In this document: piece after piece, positions 1-8,543 of the stretch
Numbering within the stretch: the first letter of the stretch is position 1
Layout of the letters: every line of letters starts with the position of its first letter
Source of the DNA: Pseudomonas sp.
Lineage (GTDB): Bacteria; Pseudomonadota; Gammaproteobacteria; Pseudomonadales; Pseudomonadaceae
NCBI RefSeq assembly: GCF_030683065.1
Contig: NZ_JAUXMX010000034.1
Coordinates: forward strand, 2,385-66,384
Length of the DNA: 64,000 bases
Reading direction: 5' to 3'
Made by a program: the position numbers and the translations under genes
The notes under the pieces: generated by a model
What the model was told of the DNA's origin: nothing
Databases searched by the model: none
Seen by the model: only the letters and a program-made list of their open reading frames with translations

Positions 1-347
1 CCCACGGGGCTGATCAGCTTGCAGAGCTGATGGGCTACGACGAGGAGAACATTCAACAGCGTGAGGAGTTGATGCTGGATGTCACCAACATTCTCAGTGG
101 CGCCTGCATCAACAGCCTGGCTGAGCAGTTCGAGATTCCGGTCAGCTTCGGTGCCCCGTCAGTGTTCTCACGGCAAGCCCCATTCAAGCAAGCGATGAAT
201 AACAAGGCGCTGCAGAGCCATCAAACCTTGATCATGGAGATTCGTTTTGAAGTTAAGGCGTGCCAATTCACCTGCGATCTGCTGCTGTGTATCGCGCAGG
301 AGACGGTTGAGCATGTGATGGCGGTAATTGATCGGCTATTGAGTTAA
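1..347 (+). CDS. 3' end of a gene truncated by the window edge; probable response-regulator C-terminal CheC/CheX-like domain
   Basis: The frame of track ORF 30..347 stays open back to nt 3, so the gene begins upstream of the window. Stop TAA at 345-347, 8 nt before the kinase gene (operon-like). The domain call is from remembered similarity only. Confidence 0.4.
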   Translation, partial: HGADQLAELMGYDEENIQQREELMLDVTNILSGACINSLAEQFEIPVSFGAPSVFSRQAPFKQAMNNKALQSHQTLIMEIRFEVKACQFTCDLLLCIAQETVEHVMAVIDRLLS

Positions 348-354
348 CGCTGAG

Positions 355-1653
355 ATGACTTCATATCAGTTGCCCTCTTCAGGCCTGGAAGCGGTACTGG
401 AAAACATCAACTTGGGCGTGGTGGTAGTCGACGCTGAGTGCCGCGTGTTGTTCTGGAATCGCTTTATGGTCATCCATGGCGGGCGGTTGCCTGACGAGGC
501 CGTCGGTCGCTCACTGTTTGAGTTGTTCCCGGATTTACCGGAGCGCTGGTTACGCCAACGGGTACGCGGCGTGCTGACACTGGGAAATTTGGCATTCACC
601 ACGTGGCAACAGCGACCACATTTGTTCCCGTTCAGCGGCACGCGTCCGATTACCAGCCAGCTGTCGAGCATGTACCAAAATTGCACATTCTTTCCTTTGC
701 ATAATGGCCAAGGGGAGCCACTTGCCGCCTGTATCGCGGTGACTGACGCAACCGATACAGCCGCGCGCCAGCTGGAGCTTGAACGTCTCAATGCCCTGCT
801 GGAGGTCGAGAAAGAACAACAGGCCAAACTGATTCACCGGCTTGAAGAGGCGCAGGCTCAGTTGCTGCAATCGGAGAAAATGGCAGCAATCGGTCAGCTG
901 GCGGCAGGGGTTGCCCATGAGATCAACAATCCGGTGGGCTTCGTCTACTCGAACCTGAACAGCCTGCGTGGCTACATTGACCAGTTGACGGCCTTAGTGG
1001 ACGGTTTACAAGCTCAGGTGCAGGCTTGCGGGAATGCACAGTTGATCGAGGCCTGTGAGGCACTGGGGCGAACCTCGGACTACGCTTTTTTGCGTGAAGA
1101 CACACCTGTATTGCTCGCTGAGTCGCGTGATGGGCTGGACCGGGTTAAACGGATTGTCAAAGATCTGCGTGACTTTTCCCACGTTGATAATGGCGAGTGG
1201 CAACTCGCCGATTTGCATCAAGGGCTGGACAGTACGCTGAATGTGATCTGGAGCGAGGTCAAATTCAAGGCCAAGGTCATTAAGCAATATGGTGAGTTGC
1301 CTCCGGTGCAGTGCATTGGCGCTCAGATCAATCAGGTTTTCCTGAATCTGATTGTCAATGCCGCTCAGGCCATCGTTGAACATGGAACCATCACCTTGCG
1401 CACCGGAACATTGGACGACCGTGTGTTTGTTGAAATTCAGGATGACGGCCCCGGCGTTGCTGAAGATTTGGCGCGACGAATCTTTGAACCTTTCTTCACA
1501 ACCAAGCCCGTTGGCAAAGGGACTGGCCTTGGTTTATCCGTTTCCTACAGCATCATCGAGCGACACAACGGCGTGTTGAGCGTAAGTTCTCCGCCGGAGG
1601 GTGGGGCATGCTTTCGCATTGTGATGCCCTGCCGTCAGCCAGCACCAAGCTGA
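355..1653 (+). CDS. cytoplasmic PAS-domain sensor histidine kinase
   Basis: 432-aa ORF. PAS-like N-terminus, coiled coil, H-box AAGVAHEINNPVGFV, N-box NLIVNAAQAI, G-boxes DDGPGV and GTGLGLS. No hydrophobic TM segments. Confidence 0.9.
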   Translation: MTSYQLPSSGLEAVLENINLGVVVVDAECRVLFWNRFMVIHGGRLPDEAVGRSLFELFPDLPERWLRQRVRGVLTLGNLAFTTWQQRPHLFPFSGTRPITSQLSSMYQNCTFFPLHNGQGEPLAACIAVTDATDTAARQLELERLNALLEVEKEQQAKLIHRLEEAQAQLLQSEKMAAIGQLAAGVAHEINNPVGFVYSNLNSLRGYIDQLTALVDGLQAQVQACGNAQLIEACEALGRTSDYAFLREDTPVLLAESRDGLDRVKRIVKDLRDFSHVDNGEWQLADLHQGLDSTLNVIWSEVKFKAKVIKQYGELPPVQCIGAQINQVFLNLIVNAAQAIVEHGTITLRTGTLDDRVFVEIQDDGPGVAEDLARRIFEPFFTTKPVGKGTGLGLSVSYSIIERHNGVLSVSSPPEGGACFRIVMPCRQPAPS

Positions 1654-1815
1654 GCACGGTGGCGCTGGTAACGGGCTGAACGCTGCGCGATGCCTTGGTG
1701 CCCTCTGCGCTTAGAGGTCAGGAATATATCCGGGGACAGACCACCATTTCTCGGGGCTATATCCGCGCAAATCGTGAGCCGCCCCTTGATGACATGGAGT
1801 AAGGCGGTGGAAGAA

Positions 1816-2004
1816 ATGAGCCGACAGCGAACCATGGCTTTTGTATGCCACGTAGCGGCATGCCTGCTATTTACGCTAGCGGCCACTAGCAGCCAGTCGC
1901 GTCAGGCAGAAAACGATCCATTGCGGACGCTTAACTGTCTCGATGACGTCGGGGAGATTCAGGATATGACACGAGTTAGCCCACCCGAGTCATGGGGTAA
2001 GTGA
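1816..2004 (+). CDS. hypothetical small (62 aa) protein with signal-peptide-like N-terminus
   Basis: Internal ATG of track ORF 1690..2004, preceded by GGTGGAAG. N-terminus is MSRQRTMAFVCHVAACLLFTLAATS. The 3' end overlaps the convergent PhzF gene by 15 nt. No homolog recognised. Confidence 0.25.
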   Translation: MSRQRTMAFVCHVAACLLFTLAATSSQSRQAENDPLRTLNCLDDVGEIQDMTRVSPPESWGK

Positions 2005-2871
2005 AATTGAACCTTGCACCCGAATTGCAGATACTCCACCGATCAATATCGTACCGTCAGAACTAAACTCAACTTCAATCCTGCCATCGCGCCCGACTTT
2101 ATTTCCTTGCGATGCACTATATCGCGATGGTGCTATGCCGCTGCGCTGAAGCATCGCGGCGACGCAGCCATTACCACTGCCGCATACCGGATCTTCTGGG
2201 ACGGCGTCGCCTGGCACAAATGAGCGCACCTCAACCAATGCAGAATCACCATCTGCATACAGGCCGAAGACAGTAAGTCCCGTGCAGTTTGTAGTTGCTT
2301 GCGCGAGGCAATTAATGTTCGGCTTTAGATCTAGAACATCTTGCGCAGAGCGAAGTTGCAAAGTGATCCAGACAGCACCGACATCGATAATTGCAGCATT
2401 GCATACGGACTCACGATGGATGCCAATGGCCGCTAGAATGTCCAGTAGCCTGTGCTCACCTAGCGGCGCAAAACTAGGCGCTGGCAATTCAAAGAAGATC
2501 CTGTTGCCGAGTAAGTGAAGCGGTACCAGTCCCTGATCACACTCCTGAACAAGCATTCCAGCTGTCTTAGGAGTCTGCCCATAAGCTAGCAATGCTGCGG
2601 CGCTCCCGATGGTTGGGTGTCCTGCAAATGGTAATTCACCTCGCGTGGTAAAGATCCTCAGTCGATAATCAGCGTTGCTGATCGTTGGTGCACATACAAA
2701 AGTCGTTTCGGATAAATTTGTCCAGTTAGCTATTTCAAGCATCTGCGAACTCGAAATATTATCCGCCTCCAGAATGACGGCAACTGGATTTCCTTTAAAT
2801 GGAGCCCCTCCAAAAACATCAACCTGGAAAAATGGAAGATTCATTTGGCCACTACTCCCTGCCATGAACAC
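1990..2871 (-). CDS. PhzF-family (phenazine-biosynthesis-like) isomerase
   Basis: 293-aa ORF. Family-typical N-terminus MNLPFFQVDVFGGAPFKGNPVAVILEAD, so the true start is probably the ATG at 2844. Lower GC than the rest of the window. Confidence 0.88.
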   Translation of the reverse strand: MFMAGSSGQMNLPFFQVDVFGGAPFKGNPVAVILEADNISSSQMLEIANWTNLSETTFVCAPTISNADYRLRIFTTRGELPFAGHPTIGSAAALLAYGQTPKTAGMLVQECDQGLVPLHLLGNRIFFELPAPSFAPLGEHRLLDILAAIGIHRESVCNAAIIDVGAVWITLQLRSAQDVLDLKPNINCLAQATTNCTGLTVFGLYADGDSALVEVRSFVPGDAVPEDPVCGSGNGCVAAMLQRSGIAPSRYSASQGNKVGRDGRIEVEFSSDGTILIGGVSAIRVQGSISLTP

Positions 2872-2976
2872 CTTTAGTCATAATTTTGAGCGCCAGGCAA
2901 CGCCTGGCTAACACTTACGCTGCTCTCTTCAAAGGATATTTAAAAATCTCAGATGAGTGCACCCCCAGAGCTGATA

Positions 2977-3192
2977 CTAGCTTGCGCTAGATCTTTTGCA
3001 ATTGGCTTTATCATGGCTGACAGCCTCAGACTTCAACTTCTTCTTTTCGACTTCATTTGCGTGAATAATTTTTTGTTTAGCTCTAAATTGTTCATGCCTC
3101 TTCATAGAGCGATCATGACCGTCTTCGGCATGTACCTGTGTGTAGCCAGCGACAAGCAAAAGACCGACAATAAAACCATTTATAATCTTCAT
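2977..3192 (-). CDS. hypothetical small (71 aa) secreted protein, highly charged mature part
   Basis: Signal-peptide-like MKIINGFIVGLLLVAGYTQVHA followed by EDGHDRSMKRHEQFRAKQK. Sits in an AT-rich spacer and the RBS is weak. The opposite-strand ORF 2953..3258 looks spurious. Confidence 0.4.
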   Translation of the reverse strand: MKIINGFIVGLLLVAGYTQVHAEDGHDRSMKRHEQFRAKQKIIHANEVEKKKLKSEAVSHDKANCKRSSAS

Positions 3193-3295
3193 GATATATA
3201 TCTCGCTAGTTTAATTGATGATTTACTGGGCGCGCATGAAAACAGCGCAAGCTCATAAAGGCTGAGCCTTTTAATTAAATTAATAACGTAATGTA

Positions 3296-3319
3296 GATGC
3301 CTGTAACTTGAGAGGCATC
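3296..3319 (-). terminator. stem-loop downstream of the SDR gene (possible terminator)
   Basis: GATGCCT (3296-3302), 10-nt loop, AGGCATC (3313-3319), 74 nt past the SDR stop in AT-rich DNA. A second small hairpin AAGGC-TGA-GCCTT lies at about 3259-3271. Confidence 0.35.
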
Positions 3320-3392
3320 CGACCTGATTAACTTTCAAATCGGCGCCTTCTTAAATTTCAGTGACTTACTTTCAGTGCAGATTGGCTCTTCT

Positions 3393-4001
3393 TCAGGCGT
3401 CGACGAATATAACCTTTCCGGTGATGAAGCCATCAACCGAGCGCTCAAAGGCTTTGCCTACCAGCGCGCCAGGGACAGGCTGGAAGCCTGGCATCATTTC
3501 CCCATATACGTCCCATGCCTCTTCCAGAACTGTAGGGTTGACCACGTTGATGCGAATCTGACGTGGAAGCTCGTGCGCTACGCACTGTACGAAGGTGTCG
3601 ATGGCGCCGCTGGTGGTGGCGTCAGCAATTGCCATAGGAATAGGTTTGACATTGAGAATGCCCGAAATCAACGTAAACGAACCGCCATCGTTGATGTAGT
3701 TCAGGCCCACATTTACCAGATTGATCTGGCCGACCATCTTGCTTTGGATAGTTGTGTCCCATTGCTCATCGGTCATTTCGCTGAAGTTAGCGTATTCGCA
3801 GTAGCCAACTGTATTAACGACAGCATCGAACGGCCCAACCTTTTCGAATAGAGCCTTGATCGACGCCTTGCTGGTGATATCCACCGTGTGGTCGCAGCCT
3901 GTGCCAGAGCGGCTGGCGGTGATGACGTTGTGTTTCTTGAGGCCGGTCATAGCGGCTTGGCCCATGTGCCCTTGGGCACCAATCAAAATTACGGTTTTCA
4001 T
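3393..4001 (-). CDS. short-chain dehydrogenase/reductase (short, 202 aa, NAD(P)-binding)
   Basis: N-terminal Rossmann motif ILIGAQGHMGQA. RBS GAGG lies 8 nt upstream of the ATG. Divergent from a LysR regulator. Confidence 0.85.
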   Translation of the reverse strand: MKTVILIGAQGHMGQAAMTGLKKHNVITASRSGTGCDHTVDITSKASIKALFEKVGPFDAVVNTVGYCEYANFSEMTDEQWDTTIQSKMVGQINLVNVGLNYINDGGSFTLISGILNVKPIPMAIADATTSGAIDTFVQCVAHELPRQIRINVVNPTVLEEAWDVYGEMMPGFQPVPGALVGKAFERSVDGFITGKVIFVDA

Positions 4002-4050
4002 AGCAATGCCTCGTTAAATCTTAAGGAGGCGATACTCTAGGTGCTCACTG

Positions 4051-4088
4051 ATACAATGAAAATCACCGCAGATTTGTATGAGATACAA
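4051..4088. promoter_or_regulatory. candidate LysR-type operator in the SDR/LysR divergent spacer
   Basis: Perfect 15-bp palindrome TTGTAT-GAG-ATACAA (4074-4088) plus a third ATACAA copy at 4051-4056. Confidence 0.35.
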
Positions 4089-4093
4089 CCAAA

Positions 4094-4984
4094 ATGATTG
4101 AGAAAATCGATATCAGGCACATGCGGGTTTTACTGCATCTCGTGCGCGAGAAAAACGTTTCTCGCGTTGCCGAGCGGCTTGAGATATCACAACAGGCGGT
4201 TAGCAACTACCTCAAGCGCATGCGTGAAGTGTTTCCCAATGAGCTGTTCCTGCGCCAGAGCGCAGGCCTACAGCCGACCGACTATGCGTACGACCTCGCA
4301 GCTAAATTCGAGAAAATAGTCGAAGAGATCGACGGCATCTTCAATTCATTCCCATTCGATCCAGCAACGAGTGAGTACGCATTCAGGGTGATCGCAAATG
4401 AATATGCGCAACTGTCTATCATCCCATCGCTTTCGCTGCTCATGCGCGAACGCGCACCCGGGGTGAAGCTTGAAGTCATTGACTTCAATCCCGATCAGCA
4501 TGTCAAGACGTTGGCGCAAGGAGAGGCTGACCTAGTGATTGGTTTTTCTGACTACGTTGATCCTGGATTAGTGCGGAATAGACTGAGAAGCGACCACTAC
4601 TGCTGCGTCGCTCGGCAAGGTTCGCTGCTGCCTCGGCAGATACAGGTGCTTGCAGATGTGTCCTTACATCCTCATGTGGATTTCGCCAGTGGAGTAGGCA
4701 ATCTGGGGAGTCGAGTTGATGATTTCCTTAGTGCCCGGGATGTCAGCCGCACAGTGATTGCGACTTTGCCCTGCTACACGTCTCTGCAAGCGTTTATGCA
4801 CGTGAATGATACGGTGGCTTTTGTACCCTCGGCCATTGCTGCCACCGGTGGCTTCCAAGTGATTGACTTAGACATGTCTTCCCTAAATTTCAATGTGGTT
4901 GTGGGATGGCATAGAAGAGCTTCGGGCAGTGCATCCAGAGATTGGCTTGTTCAGGTTATTGCAGGATTGCACACGTCGAGTTAG
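4094..4984 (+). CDS. LysR-family transcriptional regulator
   Basis: 296-aa ORF. N-terminal wHTH MRVLLHLVREKNVSRVAERLEISQQAVSNYLKRMRE. Divergent from the SDR gene. In-frame TGA at 4079-4081 excludes a longer N-terminus. Confidence 0.9.
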   Translation: MIEKIDIRHMRVLLHLVREKNVSRVAERLEISQQAVSNYLKRMREVFPNELFLRQSAGLQPTDYAYDLAAKFEKIVEEIDGIFNSFPFDPATSEYAFRVIANEYAQLSIIPSLSLLMRERAPGVKLEVIDFNPDQHVKTLAQGEADLVIGFSDYVDPGLVRNRLRSDHYCCVARQGSLLPRQIQVLADVSLHPHVDFASGVGNLGSRVDDFLSARDVSRTVIATLPCYTSLQAFMHVNDTVAFVPSAIAATGGFQVIDLDMSSLNFNVVVGWHRRASGSASRDWLVQVIAGLHTSS

Positions 4985-5193
4985 CTCAAAATGAATACGC
5001 CCTGATTTTGTAGACGCTCTATGACCGCTTCTGGCCGATAACGGCCAGTCACCAGCGACCGCTTCCGGCCAATAACCTTAGAACAATCAGGGCCGGAGTC
5101 GACTTCCACGTAATTCGACCCTGATTGTGCTGCCTGTATGAGAGGCCGTAATTTGTGCCCGGCTAATAAATCCGTGCTCACGTCCAGGCTCGT

Positions 5194-5691
5194 TTAAGCG
5201 CTGGCGCCAGGGGTGTTGCGAGCGTTTTTCTTCTGCAGGATCATCGACGCTTCGTTGTAGGCGTGTTGGAAGGCGGCGCCGCCGATCCACTCCACTGCCG
5301 CGTCTTCGTCTTCATCGTGGAAGATCCCGCGATAGGTGATCAGCAGGCCCATCATGAAGTCGGTCGCCGGGTCTTCTGCTTCCTCGGCTACCACCAGTTC
5401 CAACACCGGGTATTGCAGGAACACCACGCACATTGCGAGCAGGCTGATGCCTTCGCCGACTTTCATTGCCTGGAACAGGTCGTCGAAGTGCGCCGGGTCG
5501 AAGCCGTTCTCTTCGATGTCTTTGAAGTCGAAGGTGCTCAGGTCGATTTCGACATCATCGAATGGCTCGTTGATCAGTGGATTGGCCAGCACCGGATGTA
5601 CGACAGTGGCTTTGGGCTTGCCCGAACGGTTCTGCTTGGCCTTGGCTTTGGCCCGTTGGGCGCGTTTTTGCTGTTTATCTGGGGAGGCCAT
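5194..5691 (-). CDS. conserved hypothetical protein (basic N-terminus, acidic C-terminal domain)
   Basis: Track ORF 5194..5751. The start was chosen at MASPDKQQKRAQRAKAKAK (ATG 5691). High-GC codon usage. No domain recognised. Confidence 0.55.
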   Translation of the reverse strand: MASPDKQQKRAQRAKAKAKQNRSGKPKATVVHPVLANPLINEPFDDVEIDLSTFDFKDIEENGFDPAHFDDLFQAMKVGEGISLLAMCVVFLQYPVLELVVAEEAEDPATDFMMGLLITYRGIFHDEDEDAAVEWIGGAAFQHAYNEASMILQKKNARNTPGASA

Positions 5692-5852
5692 GGAGGCGAG
5701 TTCCTTGTCCGGTGCAGCCATACACATGGCGCGGGATAATCGGGCACACATTGTATGCAGTCTTGGCCGGGCCTGGCGGCCAAAGGTGGGCGATTTATTT
5801 TTTCCTGCTCTAGGGGTGCGCTTTTGGCCCTGGCTGAGCGCCGAGTGCGCGA

Positions 5853-5881
5853 GCGCATGAGCCCGATGGATCCGGGCTCAT
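5853..5881. other. stable stem-loop between convergently ending genes (terminator- or REP-like)
   Basis: Perfect 11-bp stem GCATGAGCCCG / CGGGCTCATGC with a 7-nt loop, 11 nt downstream of the GST stop. No U-tract. Confidence 0.4.
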
Positions 5882-5891
5882 GCTGAGCAGG

Positions 5892-6554
5892 TCAGGCTTT
5901 GCCAGCCATCTTAGCGAGCATTTTTTGCTCACTCGGCAAGACACCCTGCACGGATGCGCGTGCCTTGATCCGCGCATAGTGGGCGCTTAGGTTTGGCCAG
6001 CGCTGGGCGTCGAGTTGCTCGTCGCCATATTCCATGTTGATCAGTTGGCAGGCCAGCGCCAGATCGGCCAGGGTCAACTGATCACCGACCAGGTATTGAG
6101 CTGATCCCAGTATCCCTTCCAGGTAGTCGAAGTGCGGCGGGAGCAGTTCGTTCAAGGCTTTTTGAACGGCTGCCTCGTCGCAGCTCTGGCCCATGCTTGG
6201 CTTGAGTTTACGGTTGCGGAAAACAGTGAAGGTGCACAGTTGCGCCAGTTCGTAATCCGCATACTTTTCCAGCCAGTTGACGCTGGCCCGTTGTTCGGTG
6301 GTCTGACCCATCAGTTGGGTTGGGTTCGGGTATTTCTCGTCGAGGTAGTGGCAGATCACACTGGAGTCGGCGATGCAGGTTTCACCATCCTTGAGTGCCG
6401 GAATACGGCCGAGTGGGCTGATGTCTTTGAACCAGGCTGGCTGGGCAAACGGCAGGATGATTTGCAGTTGATAATCCAGGGATTTCTCAGCCAGAAACAG
6501 GCGAACTTTACGCACGAAGGGTGATAGTGGGGCACCGTAAACAGTCAGGCTCAT
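5892..6554 (-). CDS. glutathione S-transferase
   Basis: 220-aa ORF. N-terminal thioredoxin-like fold signature VYGAPLSPFVRKVRLFLAEK. Typical GST length. Confidence 0.88.
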   Translation of the reverse strand: MSLTVYGAPLSPFVRKVRLFLAEKSLDYQLQIILPFAQPAWFKDISPLGRIPALKDGETCIADSSVICHYLDEKYPNPTQLMGQTTEQRASVNWLEKYADYELAQLCTFTVFRNRKLKPSMGQSCDEAAVQKALNELLPPHFDYLEGILGSAQYLVGDQLTLADLALACQLINMEYGDEQLDAQRWPNLSAHYARIKARASVQGVLPSEQKMLAKMAGKA

Positions 6555-7152
6555 GGACGCTTCTCGTGGCTAGGTGGTGGTGGGCAAGCAGGAAGCTTGC
6601 GGGGCAGTCGTAGATGTTGTTCGTGTTCAATTTGCTGTTGCAGCTTCTGGACTCAAGGCTTGCGTCGAGTTCTTTTGGCTTGTCTCGGCTCGAGCGTATT
6701 AGTGTGGCTGAGCTGTTTGTCGAGTCGCTTGGGCGCAGTTCTTATGGCGTGCCGGTTCAGCCTTTCAAGGCACGTACTCTACGCCCCGTTAGCGGAAAAG
6801 GGCGCGGATTTTTTACAGGGGAGACCCGCCGCATTGGCCGGTTGGAGCCGATCAAGACCGGCCGCATTTCCTGCTCAGACACCCGCACGAACCCCTGGGA
6901 TTTGGCTATAAACCCGTGAACTGTTGCGAGGAGATAGGCCCAGGTTGGGCGGCGCTGCCCCGCGTCAGCCTAGCTGTTGCATGCAGACATCTGATCGCCA
7001 GGGTGGGCGTACCAGGCATAGGCGAAGATGATGCCCAGAAGCGGCAGGGCAAGGCTTCGTCAATCAGCTGGCCCCAGACAAACCCGCAACTTTATGCAAG
7101 CGCTGGCGTCAGGCGCGGCGCAGACTTCTGGGCATCTACCGGGAGTCGTCTG

Positions 7153-8055
7153 ATGAATCTGTCGTTGTACCTGTTGACCGTGCTGATCTGGGGCACCACC
7201 TGGATCGCCATCAAGCTGCAGATGGGCGAGGTGGCGATTGCCGCCTCGATTGCCTATCGCTTCGCCCTGGCGGCGGCGGTGTTGTTTGCGGTGTTGCTGC
7301 TCAGTGGCCGGCTGCAGACGCTCGATAAACGCGGCCAGGTGATCTGCCTGATTCAGGGGCTTTGCCTGTTCTGCATCAACTTCCTGTGTTTTTACACGGC
7401 CAGCCAGTGGATACCCAGTGGGCTGGTGGCGGTGATTTTCTCCACGGCGACTTTGTGGAATGCGCTGAATGCGCGGGTGTTTTTCAAGCAGAAGATCGCC
7501 GCCAATGTGCTGGCCGGCGGGGCCTTGGGGTTGGCTGGCCTGGGGCTGCTGTTCTGGCCTGAACTGGCCGGCCATGCGGCCAGTCGCGAGACGCTGCTGG
7601 GGATCGGTTTGTCGCTGATCGGCACCCTGTGTTTTTCGGCGGGCAACATGCTCTCGAGCATGCAGCAAAAAGCCGGTCTCAAACCGATGACTACCAACGC
7701 TTGGGGCATGTTCTACGGCGCCCTGATGCTGGTGGCGATTTGTCTGGTCAACGGCACGCCGTTCGGTTTCGAGTGGAATACGCGTTATGTCGGTTCGCTG
7801 CTGTACCTGGCGATTCCCGGTTCGGTGATCGGCTTCACCGCCTACCTGACCCTGGTCGGGCGCATGGGGCCGGAGCGGGCGGCCTACTGCACGGTGCTGT
7901 TCCCGGTGGTGGCGCTGAATATCTCGGTGTTTGCCGAGGGCTACCAATGGACCGCGCCGGCGTTGTTCGGCCTGCTGCTGGTGATGCTCGGTAACGTGCT
8001 GGTGTTTCGCAAGCCCAAGGCGCTGCAGGTGCCTGAACCCCGCCCGGCGATGTGA
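7153..8055 (+). CDS. EamA/DMT-family transporter
   Basis: Track ORF 6916..8055. The polytopic part starts at MNLSLYLLTVLIWGTTWIAIK (ATG 7153), with about 10 hydrophobic segments. The upstream extension is not protein-like. Confidence 0.85.
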   Translation: MNLSLYLLTVLIWGTTWIAIKLQMGEVAIAASIAYRFALAAAVLFAVLLLSGRLQTLDKRGQVICLIQGLCLFCINFLCFYTASQWIPSGLVAVIFSTATLWNALNARVFFKQKIAANVLAGGALGLAGLGLLFWPELAGHAASRETLLGIGLSLIGTLCFSAGNMLSSMQQKAGLKPMTTNAWGMFYGALMLVAICLVNGTPFGFEWNTRYVGSLLYLAIPGSVIGFTAYLTLVGRMGPERAAYCTVLFPVVALNISVFAEGYQWTAPALFGLLLVMLGNVLVFRKPKALQVPEPRPAM

Positions 8056-8138
8056 GCGTTCGACAGGCAGGCGTCTGTCGCTGGGTGCGCGCAGGTCGGC
8101 CCGCTGGCTGTGAGCTGTGCTTCTCGGTGTAGCCCGTA

Positions 8139-8543
8139 CTAGTAAAAGCGTCTGGAAAAGCGCTCGGAGAACAGCAGTTGGGCGAACAGCGGGTAGCACA
8201 GGTAATGCACGACAAAGATCAGCAGGCCCATGGGGCTGGGGTCGTCCTTGAGCACCATCATGGTTAGCAGGCCGAGATAGAGTAGCGCCAGGACGCCGCC
8301 ATAGAGCCAGACCAGGCGCCGTCGCTCACTGGGCAAAGGCGCGCGGCGCTGGCGTGCGGCAAACCAGAGGGTCATTGCGGCGGCGACTGAGCCGGCAATC
8401 AGCAGGGTGGTCAGCAGGCCGCCGAGTTTGACGAACGTGCGCAGCAGCAGATTGAGTGCGATCACCGCCGCGACACCACTCAGGGCCAGGCGCGCGATAG
8501 CCACCTCAGCAGGGCGCGGGGTCAGGTTTCTTGAGGGCGGCAT
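8139..8543 (-). CDS. hypothetical inner-membrane protein (about 4 TM)
   Basis: 134-aa ORF directly abutting the upstream SDR gene stop. Hydrophobic segments are present. No family recognised. Confidence 0.55.
   Translation of the reverse strand: MPPSRNLTPRPAEVAIARLALSGVAAVIALNLLLRTFVKLGGLLTTLLIAGSVAAAMTLWFAARQRRAPLPSERRRLVWLYGGVLALLYLGLLTMMVLKDDPSPMGLLIFVVHYLCYPLFAQLLFSERFSRRFY

Noticed and set aside
4981-5181. 66-codon minus-strand ORF (and 5087..5290) in the LysR-downstream spacer
   Set aside because: It is built from the direct-repeat and hairpin sequences (GRKRSLVTGRYRPEAV reflects the repeats). No RBS. Likely a translation artefact of repeats.
6597-6919. Two overlapping plus-strand ORFs (104 and 101 codons) in the GST-EamA spacer
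   Set aside because: Codon usage is atypical for this genome (many T-ending codons). The products are Cys/Ser/Leu-rich or unstructured, and there is no RBS. The region is kept as a finding only as unexplained non-coding DNA.
7060-8199. 379-codon minus-strand ORF opposite the EamA transporter gene
   Set aside because: The product is rich in Arg, His, Gln and Pro with no hydrophobic structure or motifs. The plus strand encodes a coherent 10-TM DMT protein.
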